From Eledone cirrhosa (lineage: Eukaryota), in assembly GCA_964016885.1 (NCBI GenBank), contig OZ024744.1:31124001-31188000 (forward strand): a stretch of DNA of 64,000 nt, given 5' to 3'. A program made the translations under genes and the position numbers. The notes beneath the pieces are model-generated. The model had not been told where the DNA came from and did no database searches. It was given only the letters and a program-made list of their open reading frames with translations. Below are positions 1-11,104 of this stretch, piece after piece (position 1 is the first letter of the stretch; every line of letters begins with the position of its first letter).

Positions 1-1983
1 TAGCTTTGACAATGCAACCTTCGTGTTTCGCATTGAAGAAATGGTCTAATGCCATTCTCGCCGCTAGCACGTCAGTTGTAACGCCACTACAAATAGCCTC
101 GTCTAACTTATCTACCAGCTCCCCCTCCTTTCTATTTTTCTCTAACGCTAGTTCTTTGCTGAACTCTATCGAAGTTACTCTAATCTCTCTTTTGAGAGCC
201 CCCACCATCTGTTGTTGATGATCCCCCCTGTCAACTTTTGCTTAACTAAATTGTTGACTCCGTCCCTGTATCCTTACGTGCCGGAAATGACATGTTCAGC
301 TTCCAGTAACCCGGTCCTAACCTACGCGTTTTATCTAGGTCGGCCGTACAGATCACACATTTGTGATCTGAATAGGCGAACGTTTTAAAAAGTGGGCAGC
401 CCACACTATTTCTATCTATTTTCCTAATAAAGATCCTGTCTATATACGATCTAGATGGCCCCATTCGGTTGGTCCATGTCCATACTAGCACATTGGGGAA
501 ATCTAGTCGATACCTGTCAGACAGTTGGAACTGGCTGAGGAGGTGCTTGAGGCTTTTGCACCCCCCCCCCCCCCCGCTCCTATCGGCTACTCCCACACAA
601 TCCCAGCGTGCGTCTAAAATGCCATTCCAGTCCCCCGCTAACAGTAAAGGGCGAGACGTACCCAGAAAGGTCTCCAGGCGCCTAAAGAAGTCCGGTCGCC
701 CGGACCCTGTAGGGACGTTGACGGCCAGCAGTCTAAAGGCACAACCTTCGCTACTGCTCACATCCAAGACCACCAACTTACCGTCCGAGTCCCGGAAGAT
801 GGACCTTACCTCGAGATCCAGTCCTTTCCTAAACAGCTCTGCCACCCCACCTCCCATTCTCTGCCTGCTAACAGATGCGAAGATCTGATAATCGACGAAA
901 ATGGGGGCTAGTGCGCGCGTGTCGGAAATTCTGGTCTCGCTGACGGCAATCACATCCATTTCCAGCGACTTGAGGTCGTTGAGCAGGCGACCCTGCTTCC
1001 AGGGTGACTCCAGGCCGCGAACATTTAAACTTCCTACTCCTAATATGGCCATGTTGGTAAGCTAAGAGAGAGAGAGGGAAGGTTTACTTACCTCCCGGGG
1101 TCTTGTGAATGTCGGGTGGTTCGACCTCCATGTTTGGTGGGGTTTCTTTTAGGAACCCCTTTAAAAATCTCGATGTGGGTTTCACATTCGGGGTTCCCAC
1201 GTCTTGAGGAAAGCTCTCTTGAATTTCTTTGAAGGAATTGAGTGACATTCGGACCAGAAGCAAATCTTCTGGCACGCAAAATGTGCTCATTTCAAAAATC
1301 TCCCCTTCTGTTTGAATGTCCTCGCTTCGTGCTAAGAGGGCCATCAGTTTATCGTTGGCCCTTCTGACAAGCACGAAGTTTTTAACATTTTGTTGGTGTG
1401 GTTTTATTTGTTTTCGTTTTGGTGACTGGGGTGGTGATGGGTTTGGTGGTGTTGTTTCTGGTATGTCTGTGTTTGTTGTAGGTGTGGTGTCTGCAATTTC
1501 AGGTATTTGTGTTTGTTTAGGTTGTTGCGTTTCGGGGATTGGGGGGTGGGTCGACGTTGCTGTTGGTGCTGATGTTATTGGGGAAGTGTTTGCGTTAGTG
1601 GTGTCTGTATTTTTTGTTGTGTATGTTTTTGTGTTTTATTGGGTTTTTTTGTTGAGTTTTCTCTGTTATTTTTTTGCATTTTTTGGTTTTCCTTCATCTT
1701 CGCTGCTGGAAGACAAAGGGTCTGAGTCTGTGAGTATCTCTGTGTCTGTGTGTGCGTTTATTGTTTTGTCTATGTGTATAATTGGGAGGGTAAGAAAAGT
1801 GGGAGAGCTTTCCTCGTTTTCCCCTTGGATTGGTTTTGGTGATCGTGGTGATCCGGCTGTTTTTGATGTTGGTGCCCGTGTCTTTGTTGGTGTTGTTTTT
1901 GGTGGTGGTGGTGGTGGTGCAGCTTTCCGTGCTGACACTGGCGTTGGCAACAAAGTAGATTTGCGACCCCCTGCATTTTTGTG
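1..1983 (-). mobile_element. Tx1/L1-clade LINE copy c: ORF1 C-terminal half plus ORF2 APE endonuclease, running off the window edge
   Basis: ORF 246..1052 has APE motifs (SLNVRGL, IAVSET, GDWN, SYIDRIF, SDH, GYWKLN). A Pro/Thr-rich ORF1 tail lies at 1084..1983 and ends just before the ORF2 ATG at 1052. Confidence 0.9.
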
Positions 1984-4900
1984 CAAATGAAATTTGAAAA
2001 AGTTAATCAGGGCATCACCGAAGAGGTAAGTGCTCGTCTTCAGCCCTTTCAGACGTGTCCACCATACTATCTCTTTCGCCATGGCCACCAGACAGATAAA
2101 AACTGCCTGCCCTTCCCGGCTAAAGGAAGTAGGCGGGGCAATCCTCACGATGGACTCAGCTGATAGTCGGATCCGTTCTACGCGCGACAGCAGGTGTTCG
2201 ACATAAACCCACAAGTCAGTAATGCTCGGACACTGGATGAGTGCATGCAGGACGGTTTCGTCGCCCTGCGCGGATCTCGGACATGCCCGGCTGACGGCAC
2301 CTCCATGCCTGTAGAGTTTATCCCGAACTGGCAAGTCTCCTTGGTAGCACTGCCAGGCCAGGGATTTCTGGAAGTTGTCCATAGGCCCCGGCCCGGAAGT
2401 TCTTCCAAAGAGATTGGCTAGTTGATTTTCGTCGACGCCTAGAGTTTCCCCAAGTACGTCGTCGCTCTTCCACTCCACTAATCCTCTATAGAATGCCAAG
2501 GTGGAGTTTCAACCGATCACATTGCCCCATTGGTCGAGGGCTGTGAGCGCCTGAAGACATTCCAGTCTCCAAGCGTTCCCTCTCGGTCTTCGCTTGACCC
2601 AGGACTGCAGCTCCGTCAAGGAGATGAGCTGGGGGAAAGACGCGTCTAGCAAACGGCGACCACACCTGATCACCGTCGAGGAAGAGGTGGAGATGTAGCC
2701 TGAGCGCGTGTCTGCGCCTCATTAGTCACGGCATTCCCAGTTCTCCACGTAGCGGGTGTTGACAGCAGATGGACCACCTGACCATCGGAGCGCATCCTTT
2801 CCACAAAAAGCGAAAGAGCAAACGCTCCAGCGCAGTCAGGCGAGGCTTAGGACAAGGTACGACGGCCAGGCGGTAGTAGATGACGGACGCAATGTACGCG
2901 TTAGCCACCTCCGCTCGACCTTTCAGGGATAGCTTCCTCTCCGCCCATTTCTGGCTGCGAGAAGCCACCCTGTTCGTCACCTCGTCCCAGTTTTTGTCCG
3001 TCTGGAGGTCCGTACCGAACCAGAACCCTAACAATTTAACTGGTCCTTCCGTCCAGCGCCCGACGACGCTGTTGGGCGGCATGGACATGCCTCTCTAGGT
3101 GCCGAGCTGCAGGCCCACCGACTTTTCCTGGTTGATCATTGCTCCTATCACCGCTTCGTATTCTCTTAGTGTAGTGTCGATCGCCTCGATGTGTTTGGCG
3201 TTCGACACCACTACGGTGACATCGTCCGCATATGCTGACACGGATCTTCCGCGTCCTAGTTCTCGCGGGACCACCCCTCAACGTCTCAAGTTTGTGCAGT
3301 AATGGATCGAGAGTCAATACGTACAAGAGGGACGAGAGGGACATCCTTGGAGGATGGAGCGCATGATGTTGAACGGTTCTGAAAGGTGACCGTTCACTCT
3401 CACCACAGAGCAGATGTCGCTGTGCATGGCAGCGATCCAGCTTCCGAAGACGGGCACAAAGCCAGCCGCCCTCAGGACTGCCGCCAGATAACGATGGTCG
3501 ACCCTATCGAAAGCTTTCAACTGATCTAAATTGATCAAGGGCCCACCCGTGCCAGGTTCCCTAGCTACCCGCTCCAGGATGTATCGCATGAGGTGGAGGT
3601 TGTCGTGGATGGATCTGTCGGGAATGGCAAATGTCTGAGCCTCTCCTACCAGACCATCAACGACAAGCGCCAACCTCTTTGCTAGCACCTTGGCCAAAAT
3701 CTTGAACTCTGTGTTTAGAAGACTTATGGGCCTGAAATTATCTATGTTATCCCCCTTGTTCAGATCCTTTCTCAGCAGTGCCACCGCTCCTCGGCTCACA
3801 GAGCTGGGAATTCTCCCGTTCTGTTGCCAGTTGCAGTAGACGTCCGCCAAGAGGCCTCCGAATAAGTCTGGCATCTGTACGTAAAGTTCATAAGGCAGAC
3901 CATCCAAACCAGGCGATTTACCCCTTGTGCAGCCAGTCATTGCGTCCCATATTTCAGCTGCTGTTATCGGCTTTTCGCAACACTCCGCCTCAGTGGCCGA
4001 GAGCCGCGGCAGTCCGTCGAGTTAGACACTAAAGTCCCTCCCTCGATCCGGCCCGCCGATGCCCCCGAACAGCTGAGCGACGTGTCGCTGAAAAGCTTCA
4101 CACATTTGCCCGGGATCGAGTAGCATGCGCCCGTCGTGGTCCACCAGAGACCGGATCGTGGCTTTGTTGCCTCGACGCGCCTCCGCCACTCGGGCCCATT
4201 GAACGGCTTTCGTCCCCTCGTGTCTGAGAGCACGCACCCTAGCTCTGACAACGCAGCCTTCGTGTTTTGCATTGAAGAATTGGTCAAGGGCCAATTTCGC
4301 CGCAAGTACGTCGGTCGCGATGCCTTTACTAAGCGCCTCGTCTAATTTTCTAACTAGTTCTCCCTCTGCTTTATCTTTCTCTATTGCTAAAGCCTTACTA
4401 AACCTAATGTACTCTGTTCTAATCGCTCTTTTCAGAGCAAACCACCACTTGTTGTTGACGATGGCCCCCGTCAACGCCCGTTTAACTAGTTCGCTAATCC
4501 GTTCTCTGTAGGCCTTGCGCGCTGGTAATGACGCGTTTAGCTTCCAGTAGCCGGGTCCTTGTCTATGAAGCCTATCTAAGTCAACCACACAGATCAGGAA
4601 TTTGTCGTCCGTGTAGTCGACTATCTTGAATTGTGGACAGCTTATGCTAGACCTATCTATTTCCCTACAAAATACTCTATCTAGATATGATCTGGATGAC
4701 TCGATACGGTTTGTCCAAGTCCACATTGGCACATTCGGAAAATCCAATCGGTACATGTCAGACAGTTCAAAACGTCTGAGCATGTTGGTGAGGCTCTTGC
4801 ACCCTCCTCCCCTATCCGCTAATCCCACACAGTCCCAGCGTGCATCTAAGATCCCGTTCCAGTCGCCCACTAAAACTAAAGAGCGGGACGTTCCAAGAAA

Positions 4901-6122
4901 GGTCTCCAGACGCCGGAAGAAATCAGGCCGCCCTGCCCCTGTCGAGGCATAGACGGCCACTAGCCTGAAAGCTTGCCCGTCTCCGCTGGTCATGTCCAAC
5001 TTACTTTCTGGGTCCAGGAAGATGGCCTATACGGCGAGATCCAAACCTCTCCGAAAAAGCACAGCAACTCCTCCTCCCGATCCAGGACGGCTGGGAGATG
5101 CGTACACATCGTAGCCACCGAAGATCGGTGCGAAGGCCCGTGCCTCGGAGGTTCTGATCTCGCTGATGGCCACCACATCTATGTTTAGCGACCTGAGATC
5201 GGTAAGCAGGTGCACCTGCTTCCAAGACGACCTCAGGCCACGTACATTTATGCTACCTTTTCTGAGAGTAGCCATGTTGGCTAGGATAGGAGGAAAACCA
5301 GTGAGAGGGGAGAGGTACAAAAAATTACCTGTGGCTCTTCATTAGGAAGGGGGTGGGTGATCCATACCTCCGACCAATGGTGGGTTTCTCCACGAGAATA
5401 TCCGTGAATATTCTTTTGGTGATGTTCCCTCGGTAGTCTCCAATTGATGTGGGGAACATTTTTGTTAATGTTATGTAATTTTTGTGTGTAATTTCTATTT
5501 TTATTATGTGTGTGTGGGGTGCTACTTTGGTGGTTTCTACGTAGTTTGTTTCTGTGATGTTGGTGTGGTGTTGAATGTAATTTAAAAGCTTTGTGTTGTC
5601 TGTGTGTCTATGGCTGTGTATTGTGTCTGCTGTTTGGGTGTTGGTGTTTTCTGTGTTTGCTGTCGTGTTGTTGGAGGTGACGATGGGGTAGATGGTAAGG
5701 GTGGTTGTGGCGGTGGTGTTGGTGTTGGTGGTGGTGATGGTGTAGGTGGTTGTGGGGGTGTGGCTGTTGATGGTGGTGAAGGAGGTGGGGTAGTTTTCAT
5801 TTTCTTTTTTTTTAAGGTACTTTCTTCCACTTTGGGGGGGGGGGGGGTAGGGAGTTCTTCCTTTTTTGGTTGGAATATTTCTCCACTCTTCGGCCTCATC
5901 GCACTCCTTGTCCGATTTGGCTATATCAAGAAGGGGTATGCTTTCCATTGGTTTTGTGGGTGGTGGAAGAGATGGTGTTTTTGTTGTTGGTGATGGTGAT
6001 TTCTCTTCTGCCACCGTGTTCTTTGTTTGTTTGTTTGCACCAGTTACGGGGCACGGCGTGGGGAGAAGGCGTGGGCGCGTGCCTATTTTGGTAATTTTGG
6101 GGCAGAATGCCTTAAGGTGCGT
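1984..6122 (-). mobile_element. Tx1/L1-clade LINE copy b: ORF1 C-terminal half plus nearly complete, frameshifted ORF2 (APE-RT-Cys-rich), 3' end missing
   Basis: ORF pieces 5325..6155 (ORF1 tail), 5027..5320 and 4022..4999 (APE), 3314..3940 (KSPGLDG, FRPISLLN, KAFDRVDH, QGCP), YADD near 3222-3233, 2726..3088, and 1666..2499 (CP..ETVLHALIQC). Confidence 0.93.
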
Positions 6123-8934
6123 CTGGATGACCCGATGCGGTTTGTCCATGTCCACATTGGCACATGCGGGAAATCCAGATGGTAATTGTCAGGCAGTTGA
6201 AACCGTCTCAGCAGGTTTGCGAGCCTTTTACACCCTCCTCCCCTATCCGCTAATCCCACACAGACCCAGTGTGCATCTAAGATCCCGTTCCAGTCGCCCA
6301 CTAACACTAAAGAGCGGGACGTTCCAAGACGCCGGAAAAAATCCGGCCGCTCTGCTTCTGTCGGGGCATGGACGGCCACTAGCCTGAAAGCTTGCCTGTC
6401 TCCGCTGGTCACGTCTAGTACCACCACCTTACCTTCTGGGTCCAGAAAGATGGCCCGTATAGCGTGATCCAAACCTCTCCGAAAAAGCACAGCAACCCCC
6501 CCCCCCCCCCCGATCCAGGACGGCTGAGAGATGCGTACACATCGTAGCCGCCGAAAATCGGTGCGAAGGCCCGTGCTTCGGAGATTCTGGTCTCGCTGAT
6601 GGCCGCCACATCAATGTTTAGTGATGTGAGTTCGTTCAGCAGGTGGCCCTGCTTCCATGACGACGCCAGGCCACGCGCATTTATGCTGCCTATTCTGAGT
6701 GAGGTCATGTTGAAAAGGAGTGGAAAAGATGGGAAAGACCACTTACCTTACTTCTCTTAGGGGAAGGACGGTTTTTCCATCCTTTTCACTGCTTGTGGCC
6801 TCCTCAGGAAGGATGTCCTTATAAATCCTCCTGGAGAGTGCTTGTCGGAAGTCTCCGATGTCTTTGGGGAATTTTTGTTTTCGTGTCGTGCATGTTTTCT
6901 GTGTGATGCGAGTGATTTGTATTTGTGGAGGAGGTATGAATTGTTGGGGTGTTGTGTAGTCTTTTTCTGTGATGCTGGTGTTGTGTTGGATGTAGTGTAA
7001 TAGTTGGTTGTTGTTCAAATTTAATGCTGTGTAGTGTGTATCGTTTTGGTTGTTTTGTTTTCTTTGCGTTTGTTGTGGGCTTGTTTCTGTTTCGCTTTTC
7101 GGTGACTTTTGTGGTGTTGGTGATGGTGGTGTTGGAGTTAATGATGCGGTTGGTGTTTGTGGTGATGGGGTTGGTGATACTGGTGTGGGTGGTGGCATAG
7201 CTGTCTTAACTTTTTTGTTTGTTTGTTTATTTGTTTCCCCCTGCATTTTGTTTTTGGAGGGGGAAGGAAGAGGATTTTTTCTATTTTGGTTTCTTTTTCT
7301 TTTTTTCTTTTTTCCTGATACCGTTTCCCACTTCTCGTCGTCACAATCTGTCTCCAGTTGAGATAGGCCGGGGAGTGGAAAATCCTCCACAGGCGTTGGT
7401 TTTTGTTGTGGCGTGGTAGATGGTGGAGGCGCTGGTGCTAATTCTGGCGCGTTGGGTGGTGGTGGTGTTGGTTTTGCTACTGTTGCTGGGGTTGTTGCTG
7501 TTACAGTTGCTTCTGTTGTTGTTACAGTTGTTGCTGCCATTTCTGCAGCTGGTTTTGATGGTTGAGTCACTGGGGTGGGTAAGAGAGGTGGGCTCAACTT
7601 TTTAGCCTGAGGGCAGAAAGCCTTTAGGTGGGTTCCTTCACCACAAACGACACACCTATGCCTTCTACCCTCAACGATTACGGTGAGGTGGCTGCCGTCA
7701 GTGAGGTCTATTACCTCTGGAATTTCCTCAATGTTTTTTTGGTCCGCTTGGATCAGGAGCTCCATCCCAGATCCGGACCAGTTCTCCTGCTTTTCTTTTG
7801 TTACTTCAATTATTTTCGTGTTGGCCTTGATGCCAGCGAGGACGGCAGCCATTAGCCAGGGAATTTCGATGGCCGGTGGAACGTGGGTCTCCTTGATCTT
7901 CACGAGGCTCTGACCACACTAGCTTGGGACGAGTGTGAAGTCGTCACTTTTTAATGGGGCCATGGAGTGCTCTCTGGCTTCCTGTGGAGTTCCAAAGAAC
8001 ACGTCCACGGTTCCATATTTCTGGCCACGTCTGATGTGGGTTTTTTTCGCCCACACATGTCCCAAAGCTTTTTGTATTTGGGACTAGGATGCCCGTTCCA
8101 CTCGGCGTGATTTTGTGTTTATCGTCCGATATGACACGGTGCATAGGTGCCGATGCTCTATTTTATTAGGTGGGTGTGTGTGTGTGGGGGGGGGGGGGGC
8201 TAACCCTGTAGCCATCTTTTTTTAGCAATCGCTTGGCTTCATTTAATTCATCCTGGCTTACCTCGATTGTTTCGCTTTTCTTGGCTGCTTTGGCAAAGAC
8301 ATTTTGTTTTACGCTGGTGATGTTGTGGTTGTTATTCTCATTGTTTTTGTTGCTGTTGTTGTTATTGTTCTTTTTCGTTATTGTTATTTTTAGTTTTAGT
8401 TGTCGTGATGGTGGTGGTGGTGGTGGTGTTCGGCGTGGAAGGATCGATTCTGGGTGAATCCATTTCGTTGTCACGTGATAATAATTTTTTATTTTTTGTT
8501 TCTGTTGTCGCTGTGGTGGTTGTGGTGGGGGTAGCCGCTTTAACACCTGCAGCTATTGGTAATGGCGGGAAATGAATATCTGCATGAGACAAATTTAAAT
8601 TATTGCTACTGCTTATATTTTTCGTGTTGGCAAACATAGTAATATTCACAATGGTGGTGTTGGTGTGAGGTGTTAATTTGTGAGGAAGGCTGTCAGCTTG
8701 GTGTGGCTGTGAGTCGTCCATGATTTTTCAAAGAAAGTTTTTGTTTGATAATTATAAAAGTTTAAATTTTGGGCTCAAGGCCCCAATCTTTTTGAGTGTC
8801 CTTTTCAGAAAGCAATATATGTGCACTTATAAACACTTAACAACACAAATTTTCCATAACTGGCAATTTGAAACAACTGAAAACAACAAACCTTTGCGGA
8901 GCTCACGACAATTCGATTTCCTACGTAGGTCGCC
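6123..8934 (-). mobile_element. Tx1/L1-clade LINE copy a: 5' UTR, frameshifted ORF1 with zinc knuckle, and 5' part of ORF2 (APE)
   Basis: ORF 6743..7903 has a CX2CX4HX4C knuckle (CVVCGEGTHLKAFC). ORF1 N-terminal pieces run up to the ATG at 8721. APE fragments at 6415..6708 and 6083..6490 are paralogous to copy b. The 5' end abuts (AAT)n. Confidence 0.88.
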
Positions 8935-8991
<57 letters not shown>

Positions 8992-8995
8992 TAAT
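8935..8995. repeat. (AAT)n microsatellite
   Basis: Direct reading; it separates the 5' end of Tx1 copy a from the 3' end of another Tx1 copy. Confidence 0.99.
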
Positions 8996-9900
8996 GTTTT
9001 CTTTATTAACCACAAGGGTTTACATAAAGTAGACATTAAGGACAGTACAGGACAATACAGGACGGTACAAATGGGCCTTTCTGCGTGTAAAAAAGAAAAA
9101 CAGAGGATGAAATAAAATAACAAAGAAAAATTCCCCAATAGGGGGGAGACTTCCGAGGGACATTTGTGGAGAAAGCCCATTAAAAGACCACAGTGGCCCT
9201 GACCACCAGGGCAAGTGCCCTCTCCCAGTTTTCCACCTTTAATTTACAGACACATACTCAGAGAAGGCCCATTCATTCGGGCCATACTTGCTTCTCTCAC
9301 CCATCTTTCAACAAAATGCTGGGAAGAGAGCACTTCTCTCTCTACCCTGACTTTTCTTTTCAGATGAAATTTGAAAAAGTTAATCAGGGCATCACCGAAG
9401 AGGTAAGTGCTCGTCTTCAGCCCTTTCAAACGTGTCCACCATACTATCTCTTTCGCCATGGCCACCAGACAGATAAAAACTGCCTGCCCTTCCCGGCTAA
9501 AGGAAGAGGGCGGGGCAATCCTCACGATGGACTCAGCTGATAGCTGGATCCGTCCTACACGTGACAGCAGGTGTTCGACATAAACCCACAAGTCAGCAAT
9601 GCTCGGACACTGGACGAGTGCGTGCAGGACGGTTTCGTCGCCCTGTGCGCATCTCGGACATGCCCGGCTAACGGCACCTCCATGCCTGTAAAGTTTATCC
9701 CGAACTGGCAAAGCACCCCGGTAGCACTGCCAGGCCAGGGATTTATGGAAGTTGTCTATAGGCCCCGGCCCGAAAGTCCTTCCGAAGAGATTGGCTAGTT
9801 GATTTTCGTCGACGCCTAGAGTTTCTCCAAGTACGTCGTCGCTCTTCCCCTCCACTAATCCCCTATAGAACGCCAAGGTGGAGTTTCCACCGATCACATT
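8996..9900 (-). mobile_element. Tx1/L1-clade LINE, 5'-truncated 3' fragment (ORF2 C-terminus plus 3' UTR)
   Basis: 9361..9900 is a close paralogue of 1984..2524. It contains CPRC..ETVLHALVQC, a stop at 9244, and an AATAAA just before the (TTA)n tail. Confidence 0.92.
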
Positions 9901-11072
9901 GGTTAATCCAGTTAGACATTGCGTTGAAAACTGCAACAATTGGATTATCCGCATATCTAAGGGATTCACATGATTGGATGATCAAACTCGTTTTGAAACA
10001 CGAAAGCACCAAAAGATCATATTCCATTACAAAAGATGCACAAAGATACAGTAATGGACTACAAATTTCAGAAGACCCATTTACTGCTGAAATGGAAAAC
10101 ACAGAAAAAGCAAAGCAGGTAAAAGTAACTGCAAAGAAAGAACTGCTACAGAAACTGGCTAAGAAATGGCAAGAAAAGCCTCTGTATGGAAAATACCCAG
10201 AGCGAGCTAACAATCCTGATGTTGACAAAACTTTAACCCATCAGTGGTTGGCATCCTCTGGACTGAAATCGGAGACTGAAGGACTGATTATATCGGCACA
10301 AGATCAGTGTCTGCCAACAAAAAATTACGAAGCCAACATAATAAAAAATGGGTGCAGCCCATTATGCCGTGTATGCAAAAAACAACCAGAGACCATTGAC
10401 CATATAATTTCAATGTGCAGTCCTATAGCTCCAACCGAATACCTAAACAGGCATGACAGAGCTGCACAATACATACATTGGATAATGTGTAAGCATTTTG
10501 ACCTGCTACATCAAAATAATTGGTGGGAGCATCAACCACCTCCCATACTTGAAAAAGATCACATCTCAATCTTGTGGAACTTTAGCATCCAAACAGACCG
10601 AAAAATAGATGCAAATAGACCTGATATAATATTGAAGGACTTTCAAAGGAGGGTATGCCTGCTAATTGATATGTCTGTTCCAATAGACAAGAATGTATCT
10701 ATAAAAACATTTGAAAAATTGAGCAAGTATAAGGACCTGGAGATAGAAATTGGAAAAATGTGGAAATTGAGAACTAAAACAATACCAGTGGTTGTAGGCG
10801 CTCTGGGAATGATACCTAAGGGGTCTAACCACTACTTATCGCAAATCCCAGGAAACCCGCGTATAGGAGAAATACAAAAGATAGTACTAATGGGAACTGC
10901 CCATATACTAAGGAAAAATCCTGTCAATATAAGTACATCACAAGTCTAAACACTAAGGATGCATGTGTGAATATGTATGTTCTTTCTTGAACATGGCGGA
11001 CCTTGTTGTCTCTTGAGGTCACTGGTTGTGACTTGGTGATAACTCGTATGAACATAAAGCAAGATAAATGCA

Positions 11073-11073
<1 letters not shown>
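9901..11073 (+). mobile_element. R4/Dong-type RLE LINE family A, 5'-truncated copy
   Basis: ORF 9924..10949 has a CCHC finger (CRVC..ETIDHIISMC), RHD, and a PD-(D/E)xK-like endonuclease (NRPDIIL..LIDMSVP..K.SKY). The 3' UTR ends in (AAT)n. Confidence 0.92.

Positions 11074-11103
<30 letters not shown>
11074..11103. repeat. (AAT)n microsatellite between the two family A copies
   Basis: Direct reading. Confidence 0.97.

Positions 11104-11104
<1 letters not shown>

Noticed and set aside
469-7913. Plus-strand Val/Gly-rich ORFs (e.g. 1316..1990, 5604..5993, 7050..7361)
   Set aside because: They are antisense shadows of Pro/Thr-rich Tx1 ORFs.
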